Assembly: GCA_964016885.1 (NCBI GenBank)
Contig: OZ024741.1
Span: 204,228,001-204,292,000, forward strand
Length of the DNA: 64,000 nucleotides
DNA from: Eledone cirrhosa
Lineage: Eukaryota
Direction: 5' to 3'
The position numbers and the translations under genes are program-made. Positions 41,543 to 54,180 of the stretch are shown piece by piece. Position 1 is the stretch's first letter, and every line of letters starts with the position of its first letter. The notes below the pieces were generated by a model. The model did no database searches. It was not told where the DNA came from and saw nothing but the letters and a program-made list of their open reading frames with translations.

Positions 41543-41550
<8 letters not shown>
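41194..41550. mobile_element. Near-perfect 142-bp-arm palindrome plus extension; PLE pLTR with a hammerhead in each arm
   Basis: Centre at 41336. CTT-TTGAAAA-GCAG-AAGAA-CTGC-GAAA-CCGG-TA-AAG at 41375-41410 (+), mirrored at 41262-41297 (-). (TA)n flanks. Confidence 0.75.
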
Positions 41551-41624
<74 letters not shown>

Positions 41625-41777
41625 GTGTTTTTTTGTTTGTCTTTCGTTTGTATATTTTTTATAATAATTTTTTAAGGTTCCCCCAAAAAATTGTTTTTCG
41701 TTTTGTTTTGTTTCCGTTTGTTGTCTTGTCCTTTCTTTGCTAATTTTCTTAAGCTTATATATATAAGCTTAAGAAAA

Positions 41778-41844
<67 letters not shown>

Positions 41845-41854
41845 GATCTATGTT

Positions 41855-42083
41855 GAGCGAAATTTAGAAGCTTCAACAGATTTGTTTTTTTACTATGAAA
41901 AAAATAGTCTAACAAATTGGGCATAAAATCCCCTGGACGGATAAAAAGTTGACAGTGTCCCACGGGTTCGTATTCTCAATCTTTTAGACTATTTTTCATT
42001 GTAAAAAAAATACGTTGAAGCTTCTAAATTTGCATTGTGTGTGTATCCGTGTGTGTGTGTGTGTGTGTTTATGTATATATACA

Positions 42084-42126
<43 letters not shown>

Positions 42127-42313
42127 AATATATTTGCGCACACACTCAAGCATACAAACATATGTGTGTGTGTGTGTCTATATATATTGAGAGAGAGAGA
42201 TTAATCAACTTTTACAATACACATAAATACGGTATACCATCGAAATTCATTAAAGAAACCTCATATATATTTTTGTAACAAAGGATTTTTTTCCAGATTG
42301 TGAAGACTCACCC
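41855..42313. mobile_element. Tc1/mariner-like MITE remnant
   Basis: Internal inverted repeat 41855-42033 and terminal ACTCACCCTG|TA. Confidence 0.45.
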
Positions 42314-43850
42314 TGTACAGAGAACCGTGTTGCATTACTAGATAGAGGTTGCGTGATATCAGTTTGATGGGGAGCCGTTTATTATAAATACTAACATTTA
42401 AGAAAACGGTTGTTCTAATTGCATATAAATTATGGGAAAGTGTTTCTCAATGAATCTATGATAGCCATGACAATGAAATCATTGGGGAAGTGTTTTATTG
42501 GCAAGATTCCTTTGGAAAGGTCTATATCTATTCAACAAGGTAAATCACTTCATGGTGATTGTTTCACAAATCGTTAATAAATCAACCATAAAATCAATTA
42601 GTTACATAAAAGAATATTCCGTAGTTGTGAACTAATGTTCGAATCAAACAATGTATAACATTGCAGTTAATATTGGCAATAAATCAAGACAGTTATATAA
42701 GTTTGCAGTAGTCTTCTATTTTATTACTCTTGGTTAATTCAGGTTAACTCTAACCACGTGACAACTGTTTTTTCATTTTTTCGGGTCAATAAATCTAGAA
42801 ACTGTTACGTTAATGCTTTGATATTGATGTAGGACAGTGCGTTTAGGCTATTAAATCGACTCAATATATTACTGGTACAAATTATTACAATTTTGAAAGC
42901 TTTACAAAATGTTAAAACAATATTAGTTTAAGAAACAGTTTAATGGAAAGCGCATGGGATTTATCTGCCTTTTTTATCTGGTCAGTGAATCTAGAAAGCA
43001 TGAACCAAAGAAAGTTCATTGCGGTGAGAAGCTCTATTTCCAAATGGATACAAGAAATAACATTTCGATATTGTTCAGATTGTTGCTAAGAAAATGACGC
43101 TCGACCAATGTGTCATGCAATGAGTCGAACCCAGAACCTAATGATTGGTAAGTGAACTTCTTAACCATTCAGCCATTCTGTGTCCACTATAAATGTTTAG
43201 TGAATCTTCATGATACCATTTTTGAAAACAGAATATTTTCAGTGGTGTTAATTAATGATTTATGTAATTAATTAAAATAATTATATTTAATATCAGTTAT
43301 TAATTTCTTCTTTCCAGACATGATGTGAACGTAATTGATTAAATAATTAAGTTGAGAAAATGCGAATATAGTTTATCTTTTTCTGAATAGATAAAATTTG
43401 AATTTGAATATACAAATTTTAAAGTCTTTTTCTCATAAGTCTTCATAAACAATATTGAAGCCTTACAAAATGTTAAAACAGTCCAAGAAGCAGTTTAATG
43501 AAAAATGTTAATGAAAAATGTGGGGAATTCATTTGGCTTTTTATTTCGTCAGTGAATCTAGAAAGTGTTTAGTTAATGTTTGAATTTTACTATAGTGATT
43601 ATGATTTCTTTCCTCGTTGCTATTTATTTTTAATATAAACAGCGACTAGGAAAGACAATTTCCAATTTCTCCAAGTGTTTTCCCCTACGGACTCCGCTTC
43701 ATAATGGATGGTAAATCCGAAATATTGGGTCTAATAAGTTACTTCTTTTATTTTTCTCCTTCTCCCACTCTTTGCTTTCTACCTCACTTTTTTCCAATTC
43801 CTTTCCGACTTGTTGCCTTGGTGTTTCAACAACCGAGCATACATACATAC

Positions 43851-44254
43851 ATGGTGGCTGCCAACTCGTTTTCGAGTACGGCCACTACTTTATATCCATA
43901 TAGGAGAACCCCTACCGATGCGTTGAACAAATGTGACTTTTTAGTTCAGCCAGCGACTTGAAAACTCTGGTACAAACACTACACCTGTGACAATTATTGA
44001 CACATAGTGCTGGGCCCATGGTACCATGTGACGACAAATGCAGAGAGATCTCCAGATATAAAGCAATGCCTGTGCCGTGCAGCTTTTATAGTGAGCAAAG
44101 GCACTTCACAAAGCCAGTCCCACTCTCTTAACCAAGATGATATTTACCAAACAGAAGAACAAGTCAACATCATTGGATACCATCAGGGTTGCAGGTGTTA
44201 TATCAGAGTTTTCCTTCTCCTAGAATTCTGCCTTGACAAAGGCTAAGGGGTCAT
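43851..44254 (-). mobile_element. RTE-derived family A, 5'-truncated
   Basis: Matches 20422 onward and stops at GGGGTCAT|ACATAC. Confidence 0.8.
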
Positions 44255-44340
44255 ACATACATACATACATACATACATACATACATACATACATACATAC
44301 ATACATACATACATACATACATACATACATACATACATAC

Positions 44341-44967
44341 ATGATGGCTGCCCCCTCGTTATCGAGTATGGCCATTGCACGTTATACCATTATTGATAAT
44401 TATTAATTAATTCTATCGTGCAATGCCTGTGCGTGAAGATATTTTTTAAAATGAGGAAAGACTGTGCACTGGGCCAATCCCACTCTCTGAGCTACAGTAG
44501 CTATAACCCGAAAAGAAGAAAAGATCAACATCATCGTTAACTACTGAGCCGCAGGTTTTATATCGGAGTTATCCCAGTTTCCTGAGTTGCCTTCTCCTAG
44601 AAGAATGCCCTGACAAAGGCTAGGGGCCCTTTACTCCCAGTGGTTTAACCGCGCGATCAGGTGTCCAGCCCGACCTTTTCCATGTCCCCGTGCATATATA
44701 TACACATGCACCCATGTATATACACATATACATATACATACATATGTACATGTATATATACATATTTACACACTTTTGGATGGCCGTTGACTCTTATGAG
44801 TTCTTCCGCCTTCTGTCAGGTTTTGTTTTTTGTCCTGCAGGGTGTCCAAAATCACCCTCCTCATCCAGTAAACTTGGTGGGGTTGACGGTTTAGTCGCCG
44901 ACGACCCGACCATGCGACAGGTTGTACTGGGTTACATGTTACCAGTAGCACACAAGAGTGACCCGAC
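44341..44967 (-). mobile_element. RTE-derived family B (relative of A)
   Basis: Shares terminal blocks with A (CTCG-TTAT-CGAG hairpin, CTTCTCCTAGAA..GACAAAGGCTA, GGTTTAGTCGCC.ACGACCCGACC) but has a different middle. Fragments at ~16245, ~19620, ~32110 and ~53020. Confidence 0.7.
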
Positions 44968-45076
44968 ATACATACATACATACATACATACATACATACA
45001 TACATACATACATACATACATACATACATACATACATACATACATACATACATACATACATACATACATACATACA

Positions 45077-48071
45077 AGGTGAAGAAACGACATTTGAAAT
45101 GCTTAACATTTTGTTATATGTTTCAGCTGTCATATTGATATCATATTAAAAAAAAACATCTAAAACCACGTAATCAAGATACGAACAAAAAGCCTGAACC
45201 AACGTGGATGCGAAATTTAAAAAGCAAAATTTTGTCCCTGAGACGAAGTATCTCACAAATCGCAGTCATTATGAAATGCAACATAGAGAGCAACTTCACA
45301 CGACACCAGAAGACGTAAAAAAAATTAGAGAGACGATTTGGAGATACAAAATTTAAAACTTTAAACTCCAAATTACACCAGTTGAAACAACAACTCACAG
45401 CTACAACAGAAAGACTAAAATATAAGTCAACATCACATAAACGACAACTGCTAAATAGATTGTTTGCCAGAGATCCTAAATCAGTTTATCGCAGCTTCGG
45501 TGGCAAAAGCTCAATCTCTGTAAATGACACCCCTTCAAAAGAACAGGTTGAGAGCTACTGGAGATCTGTATGGGAAACGGATAACAGATTCAACAGACAA
45601 ACTAAATGGCTAAAAGAACTGGAACAGGACTACTGCCAACATGTCCAGACAAAACAATATGACATAGATGGGTCAATACTGGAAACAGCTCTACAGAAAA
45701 TGTCGAATAGGAAATCACCAGGTCCAGACCTCATAACAGGATACTGGTTGAAGAATTTCACTTTCTATAGGCAAGATCTCATACGGCTGTTTACAGAAAC
45801 CATTAAAGGCACACAAGAACTGCCCAGATGGTTATCAACTGCCACTACTCTCCTCATTCTCAAAAATAGCCAAACCACCCTTGCTAAAAATTACCGCCCA
45901 ATAGACTGCCAAAACATCATGTATAAATTATATACTGGGTGCCTTAACCTGTTCTTACAGGATCACTGTGCTACCAACAACATTATAACACCTGAGCAAG
46001 CTGGTGGAAAGAGGGAGCTGTGGGGTTGCATAGATCACCTACTAACTAATAAAATGATTCAAGAAAAAACAACAAAGAATCGCAGAAACATGACTTTGGT
46101 GTGGCTGGACTATCTAAAAGCATTTGATAGTGTACCTCATGGGTGGATTGTTAAGGCTTTACAGTTAGCCAACGTCCCACAACCACTGGTAGCTGCTGTT
46201 GAACGTCTGACCAAGAACTGGTACACCAATTTGATCCTTAGAGGTGAGAAGGAGCAAGTTAAGACTGATAAGATACATTACCAGAAAGGCATCTTTCAGG
46301 GTGATAGCTTGTCAGCGCTACTCTTCGTTCTCTCACTAAATCCACTATCTTACCTACTCAGGAAACAAGGTGGACAAAGAAGTGGGTCCAGAAGTATCTC
46401 TCATCTTTTCTTTGTTGATGACCTGAAGTTGTATGGGCCAAATATCAATGACATCAAGAAACAATTGGACCTCATTAGACAATTTTCAACAGACATAAAA
46501 ATGAAATTTGGTGAGTCCAAGTGTGCATATTTGGCAGTAAAACGTGGAAGAGCTCTAGAAATCTAGAGATGAACGGCCTGACAATACAACCTCTACAGTC
46601 AGGTGACAACTACAGATATCTTGGACAGGATGAGAATGTCAGATATGATGGACCCATAAATAAGGAGAGAACCAGAACTGAATACCTCGGAAGAGTAAAG
46701 AAAATATGGTCATCAGAACTGTCAGCATACAAGTACATTGCCCACAATACTTATGCTGTACCAATTCTAACGCCAACATTTGGCCTGCTGAACTGGTCAT
46801 TGCAAGAACTAAGTGAGATGGATGTTAGAACTCGCAAACTTCTCAGTGTTACTGGGAACTTTAACGTCAATGGTGATGTGGATAGGCTATACTTCTCACG
46901 CAAGGAAGGTGGCCGGGGTCTGAAATCCATATTAACATCATATGAGACCCGGATAGTAACACTGAAGCAACACCTTCCACAGAGGAAAAAGGTTGCCAAC
47001 CATCTTGCCCAGGGAGAAAAAAATATCATTATGATAGCACCTGATCTGGAGGAGAGATATGGAATAAAGCCTCATATAAATAAGCAGGGAGAAAAAAATA
47101 TCATTATGATAGCACCTGATCTGGAGGAGAGATATGGAATAAAGCCTCATATAAATCTCTCACCCAGAGAAATCAGAAGATCCTATTCAATGTTCAAACA
47201 AGATGAAAAAATTGACCAATTTACAGAAAAAGTTGTGCATGGATACTTGAGACGTAAAACACAGACCATAGAGGGGATAAACCACTCAAAAAGCCTGGCA
47301 TGGAGTTCCGACAAGTTTATGACATCACACCTTGAGGGATATCTCTATGCAATATAGGAACAAAAACTCCCTACCAAATATCTGCTGCACAAAAGGGGAG
47401 GGCCAGCAGCTGACAATAAATGTAGGCTATGTAAAACAAAGATCGAGGATGTAAGCCACATTGTTGCCAGCTGCGAAAGAATGTCATCTCGCTACTACCT
47501 CCCCATGAGACACGATGGGATAGCTAAAACCATCTGGATTGCACTTCGGAAAATAAAATTAAAAACAAGCGAGGAAGAATATAGAGACAGATGGCACTAA
47601 GGAATACTGGTGGAACCTGAAAATAAAAACTGCCACCAAATTAAAGCACAACCGGCCTGATATTGTTGTTTGAGACCACACATTGAAAACGTGTTCTGTT
47701 GTGGAGATCAGCTGTCCACTTGATGTAAACGTTGTCAGAAAAATACAGGAGAAGGAGGACATCTACGGACCATTGATGAGGAGTTTACAAATCCAGTATC
47801 CAAGATACACCTTTAGCTTCATACCTATCATTATTGGAGCTACGGGTTATATACCAACCCGCTTGGACCAATGTATAACTGAACTTGGATTTGCGGACAA
47901 AGAGCGCAGCTCCCTAATTCATAGTCTACAAATGGCTGCGATAGCTGGCACCTTCAAAATTTGTAAAACATTCTTGCGATTCAAGGGATGACAATTTCTT
48001 TTCTTTTACAACCTTGCCACCAGGAAGGTGGCCGGTCAAAAATATACTCGAAATTAAGAGAAAAAAGATAA
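45077..48071 (+). mobile_element. R4/Dong-like RLE non-LTR retrotransposon, family 1 (5'-truncated, disrupted)
   Basis: RT motifs KSPGPD, NYRPI, WLDYLKAFDSVPH, GIFQGDSLS, HLFFVDDLKLY, YRYLG. CRLC..H..C knuckle, RH, RPDIVV, VVEISCP (PD-D/E RLE). (TACA)n on both ends. Confidence 0.92.
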
Positions 48072-48140
48072 CATACATACATACATACATACATACATAC
48101 ATACATACATACATACATACATACATACATACATACATAC

Positions 48141-48458
48141 ATGGTGGCTGCCAACTCGTTTTGAGTACGGCCACTACTTTATATCCATGTAGGAGAACTC
48201 CTACCGATGCGCTGAACGAGTGTGACTTTTTAGTCCAGCCAGCGACTTGAAAACTCTGGTACAAACACTACACTTGTGACAATTACTGACACATAGTGCT
48301 GGGCCCATGGTACCATGCGATGACAAGTGCAGAGAGATCTCCAGATATAAAGCAATGCCTGTGCCATGAAGCTTTTATAGTGAGCAAAGGCACTGCAGGT
48401 GTTATATCAGAGTTTTCCTTCTCCTAGAATTCTGCCTTGACAAAGGCTAAGGGGTCAT
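48141..48458 (-). mobile_element. RTE-derived family A, internally deleted and 5'-truncated
   Basis: Deletion joins CACTGCA to GGTGTT (TGCA microhomology). Ends GGGGTCAT|AC. Confidence 0.8.
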
Positions 48459-48517
48459 ACATACATACATACATACATACATACATACATACATACATAC
48501 ATACATACATACATACA

Positions 48518-51500
48518 GTCAACGCGATCAGTCGCATATTTTGGCGTGGGAGACTATTTATTAAATTTAAGATGAATACTATCTACGACCGTAATGCCAC
48601 AACTACAGTCATGTTGAATAACTGGTTATTCTTCTAACTATCCCTTCTGAAGACACCTTTTATTCGAATTCGTAGAGATATCCGACTAAATACATAATTC
48701 ATTTTACAAGGATTTGCTACAAACAGCATGGCTGAACTCAACATCAACAACAAAATTAAGGAAGTACCGAAGACAAATAACAAGAAAGGTAAACAAACTT
48801 TATTCAGTTGTAGCTACAGAAGAAACCGAAATTATAAATTGCATTTCTTTTGGAGTTGCAAACTTAATAATGATTTATTTAATTGTTATAAAATGGCAAA
48901 AAAACAATCCCTCCATTGGCTATATGAACAGAATGAAGCTACACTGGGACGAAATGTACCCAGAGCAAAATTATTTCGCAGCGAAACAATTACGCCAACA
49001 AGCGACGTTTGTTGAACGTAAAAATAAGATAAATATTATTAATTGTAAGTCCCCCACAACTAACATGTTATCAACAACACGTGCTACAGGTCGCCATGCT
49101 ACTAGACTTCCTAGCAGCCAGGTCGAACAGTGCCTTGAAACAACTATGCCTGTAAGAAACTTGACACCACGTGTACCATCTAAGTCTACCTCGAATGCTG
49201 GGAAAAACACTATCGATAATAATAATAATCGAAGAAATAATAATAATAATCGAAGAAATTTGACACCACGTGGACCATCCGAGTCTACCTCGACTGTTGT
49301 GGAAAATACTATCGATAATGATAATAATCAAAAGTATAAGCAATTTAAATTTTCCCTCAACGAAATCTTCCAGAGAGAAATTAATTCATGTATAAATATT
49401 TCTCTTGCTGAACGTATTAAAACGACAATGTTTAATAAAAAAACAAATAATGAAATATTACGTGTTATTGACGAAAGAGGGGATGAATATTTACGACGGA
49501 TAAAAACCCCAACATTTTGGCAAATCAACGCCTGTGTATATGCCTTAGCAACGACAGTGAAGCATTATCTTGGTAATAGCAGAGATATTAACAAGAACAG
49601 AACACCACCGAAAATACCATCATATATAACTAAAATAGAAAAAAAGATTGCTGACCTACGAACAAACATAGGATATGTGAAAATGCTCCTTACATGCAAA
49701 CAAACACAAAAAAAACCTCACTCCTCACCAACAAAGAGTGAAAAATAAAATAGAGACGATGTTTGGTAACAGAACCAGAATTCTTCAATATAAGCTCATC
49801 ACCCTCAAACAAGAATTGAGAGCTGTTAACGAAAAACGCCGATACCTGAAGAAGGTAGATGAGAGAAAAGTGCTTAAAAGATTCAGACGAAACCAAACAT
49901 CAGTCTATAGAGATATGAAGGGCAAAATAATAAGTGTCACTGAGGCCCCATCCTAAAAAGACAGATTCCTTTTGGAGCAAAATATGGGGTGAAAAGAAGA
50001 ATTCCAACCAAGATGCAGTGTGGCTAAGAGAAATCCGAAAGAACTATTGCTCCTACACTACAGCAAAAACATACGAAATAAGTGAGGGTACCCTTGAGAC
50101 TGTGATAGGAAAACTCCAAGATAAGAAAACACCAGGAAAAGACATGATTGTCGGCTACTGGTACAAAATACTGATATTCTATCGGAGGTATCTTACTGAC
50201 CTCTACCAACAAGTTCTTAAGAGAGATACATTTATACCAGAATGGTTGACATTAGCACAAACATTACTGGTCCCCAAAAACAAAGACACCCACTTGGCAA
50301 AAAACTACCGACCCATTGCATGCCAGAACCTGATGTATAAGATGTATACAGCCAGCCTGAACCTATTCCACCAAGATCACTGTGAAAATAATAACATCAT
50401 CACAGATGAACAAGCAGCTGGAAAGAAAGGGGTTTGGGGATGTGCTGAACAACTCATAATCAACAAAACTGCGATGTCGGAGGTGCGACAACTTAGGAGG
50501 AATATGGCTACAGTCTGGCTGGACTACAGGAAAGCTTTCGATTCTGTTCCCCACTCTTGGATGATAGAGGCCCTCCAGCTTGCTAAAGTCCCAGACATTA
50601 TTGTCAGAGCCATAGAGAGGCTGTCTTCTTCTTGGGCTACTAAGGTTAAAGACTGAGAGGGAGGACTCTATTTTCACTGATAAAATAAAATATTGCAGGG
50701 GTATATTTCAGGGGGACAGTATCTCTGTGATATTATTTATCTTGTCATTAAATCCCTTGTCCTTTCTGCTCAAGAAATGTTAGGGATACATCATTGGCTC
50801 ACAGGAGGACAGAAATACGAACCTAACCCATAATTTCTTTGTGGACGATCTGAAACTCTATGCCAAGAACATGGATGGGATGAAGAAAAATCTTGACTTG
50901 GTTACAACGTTCTCAAGGGATATAGGAATGGAGTTTGGCCAAGATAAATGCTCATACATGACTGTAAAGCGGGGAAAAACAACAACCCAATATAGCAACA
51001 TTGTCATCAATGGCCTAACTGTTTCACCGATATCTGATGAGGACTACTACAGATACCTGGGGATAGATGAGAACATATCCTATAATGGTATCTGTAATAA
51101 AGAACGCGTAACCAGGGAATACTACACCCGATTAAGAAAGATCTGGTCATCGGAACTCTCTGCGCAAAACAAAACAGTGGCTCACAATGTGTTTGCTGTG
51201 CCTGTCCTAACACCAACGTTTGGAATACTCAATTGGACGATAGACGAAATCCGAGCAATTGATGTTGGAACTCAAAAAATACTAAACAACACCGGAAACT
51301 TCCACATCAACAGTGACATAGACCGCCTTTACTTGAAACGTAAGCAGGGAGGCAGAGGCCTAACATCAGTCCAGGAAGCATTTGAATGTCGCATCAGATC
51401 CTTCCGACAACATCTACGAATCTCGAAGCGTAGGAGCCCGTCTCTCGAGCAAGTCTATCTGCATGAGGCAGATAAGATCATGAGAGTTGGCAAGGAACTC

Positions 51501-52620
51501 CTTGAAAGATATTCCCTGCGGGATAATTAAAAACTCACACCCAGGGAATTCGCTCAGCAGTATCGCAGTGAATCCATGGATGAAAAACTGCATACTTATC
51601 AGCAATAAATCATGCATAGATAAGTTGCCAGGAAGCTCCAGAGTGAGAGTAATATAGATGAGGAAAGTAGTCTATCTTGGACCAACAACCGCTATATTGG
51701 CTCCCACTTTGAAGGATACGCTTTTGCAATCCAAGAACAGGAGATTAACACGAAATACCTGATTCACAAAAGAGATAGGGATGCAGGAAAAACACCTAGA
51801 TGTGATAACAAGTGCCGACTCTGCAGAACTAACATCGAGGATATCACCCATGTCATCAGCAGCTGTCCAAAGATGTCATCGCGGTACTATCTACCTATGA
51901 GGCATGATGTAGTGGCCAAAACACTGTACAATGCAGGTCGAAAAAAAGATAGCCCCGATAATAAACACATTAAAAGCAATGTGGAAGACATCCATATACA
52001 TAATATGAAAGAGTACTGGTAGAATGTTCCAGTATAAACACCAATAAAATGCAGGCATAACAGACCAGATATTATGATATGGGACAGGGAGAAGAAAGCA
52101 TGCACAGTTGTGGAAATTAGCTGCCCAGCAGATGCCAATATAATATCAAAGATTAGTGAAAAGGAGAATATTTATGCAGAACTGATGAGAAATCTGCAGA
52201 TACTCCTCCCGGAGTATACCTTCAGATTTATGCCTGTGATTATTGGGGCATTATGTTAGTAACTTCCTCAATACAAATCTTGAGAAGCTAGGCTTCACAG
52301 GAACAGAAAGAACACAACTAGTTAGGAAATTACAAGTACAATCCATTAATGGAACAGTAAAAATATGTAAAACATTCCACAAATTTTGCATCTAATAACT
52401 GCATATACACATGTACAGATACAAAGCATATACACATGCACACATACAACTCAAAACATCCACATCCACACATACAATAACATCCATATCTACACATGCA
52501 TGCATACATACCTACCTAGTTGATGTTGTGTAAATTCCAATGAGAGAGTCTTGTGTCTATGTTAGAAACCGACTCTCTCTCTATTGGTAAAACTTTGTGA
52601 AATGATAAAACAGAGAAGAA
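48518..52620 (+). mobile_element. R4/Dong-like RLE non-LTR retrotransposon, family 2, near full length (disrupted)
   Basis: N-terminal GYMNRMKLHWDEMYP..KQLRQQA. RT NYRPIAC, WLDYRKAFDSVPH, GIFQGDS, FFVDDLKLY, YRYLGI. CRLC..H..C, RPDIMIWD, VVEISCP. (TACA)n on both ends. Confidence 0.93.
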
Positions 52621-53240
52621 TATACATACATACATCTTCTTCACATACGAAAATGATTTTTTTTAGATATATGGCTGCAGATGCATTGTTGGAGTGTCTT
52701 TGATCAGTCATTCAGGCCATGAGTGTATATCTAGGATTACATTATTCAGTGTTTCTTTAAAACAAGAGAGTGTGATTTAGATACTATTTCTAACGGGTTT
52801 AGTGACCATGTAAAGGCTCCATTTTTAGATGAAAACAAAATGTGTTAATATGATTGAGTTCTAGACTTATCACATCTATGTGATCAGTCGAGCTACTAGA
52901 AACAACGACCAAAGATACGTACATACATACATGCATACATACATACGTACATACATACATACATACATACATACATACATACATACATACATACATACAT
53001 ACATACATACATACATACATGATGGCTGTCCCCTCGTTATCGAGTATGGCCATTGCACGATAAAAAAAAACATAATAATAACAATAATAATAATAATAAC
53101 AACAATAATAATAACGACAACAACAATAATAATATACATATATATATACACACACACACGCACACACACAAACATATCTATACACACACACACACACGAT
53201 AGCAATTAACAGACGATAAAAAAAACACACACAAAATAAC

Positions 53241-53279
<39 letters not shown>

Positions 53280-53384
53280 CCCAACAACAACCACCACCGC
53301 CGCCACCGCCGCCGCCACCACCTTCATCCATCATCACCAGCCACCGGGCCTTAAGAAAACAACAACTTTAATAATAATAATGTT

Positions 53385-53530
53385 TCTGCTTTTGGCACGG
53401 AGCCAGCGATTGTTCCAGCGCATTACTGGTGCTCTCTTTTGTTGACTCCGTGGGGATGAAAGGCAAGGCTGACCTTGGCGGGATTTGAGCTCGGAGCGTG
53501 GAGGGCCATAGCTCTATGCTGTAAAGCAAT
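53385..53530 (-). mobile_element. tRNA-derived SINE fragment
   Basis: GGATGAAAGGCAAGGCTGACCTTGGCGGGATTTGAGCTC, reverse complement of the SINE B box and body. Confidence 0.7.
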
Positions 53531-53631
53531 TATGATAATACTGAACGGTAACACGAACGGCTTCAACTATACGAACTCTTTTGAAAGTCAACAGTTGACA
53601 TAATCTTGTAATCTTGTATCAGTAATGACGG

Positions 53632-53681
<50 letters not shown>

Positions 53682-53799
53682 AAGTGAGTAGTTGTGTGTG
53701 TTTGTTTGTATGTATGAGTATTGGTGTGTGCGCGCGTATGTATGTGTGTGCGCGTGTGTGTATGTCGTACGTATAAGTGTCAATAAGTGACATACATAC

Positions 53800-54180
53800 A
53801 TGGTGGCTGCCAACTCGTTTTCGAGTACGGCCACTACTTTATATCCATGTAGGAGAACCCCTAGCGATGCGCTGAACGAGTGTGACTTTTTAGTCCAGCC
53901 AGCGACTTGAAAACTGGTACAAACACTACACTTGTGACAATTATTGACACAGTGCTGGGCCCATGGCATCATGTGCCGACAAGTGCAGAGAGATCTCCAG
54001 ATATAAAGCAATGCCTGTGCCGTGAAGCTTTTATAGTGAGCAAAGGCACTGCACAAAGCCAGTCCCACTCTCTTAACCAAGATGATATTTACCAAAAAGA
54101 AGAACAAGTCAACATCATTGGATACCATCAGGGTTGCAGGTGTTATATCAGAGTTTTCCTTCTCCTAGAATTCTGCCTTG
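53800..54180 (-). mobile_element. RTE-derived family A, truncated and fused directly to a Dong copy
   Basis: Matches family A up to TTCTGCCTTG, then Dong sequence begins. Confidence 0.8.

Noticed and set aside
48714-52259. Active autonomous Dong element or host gene
   Set aside because: Multiple frameshifts and in-frame stops break the ORF.
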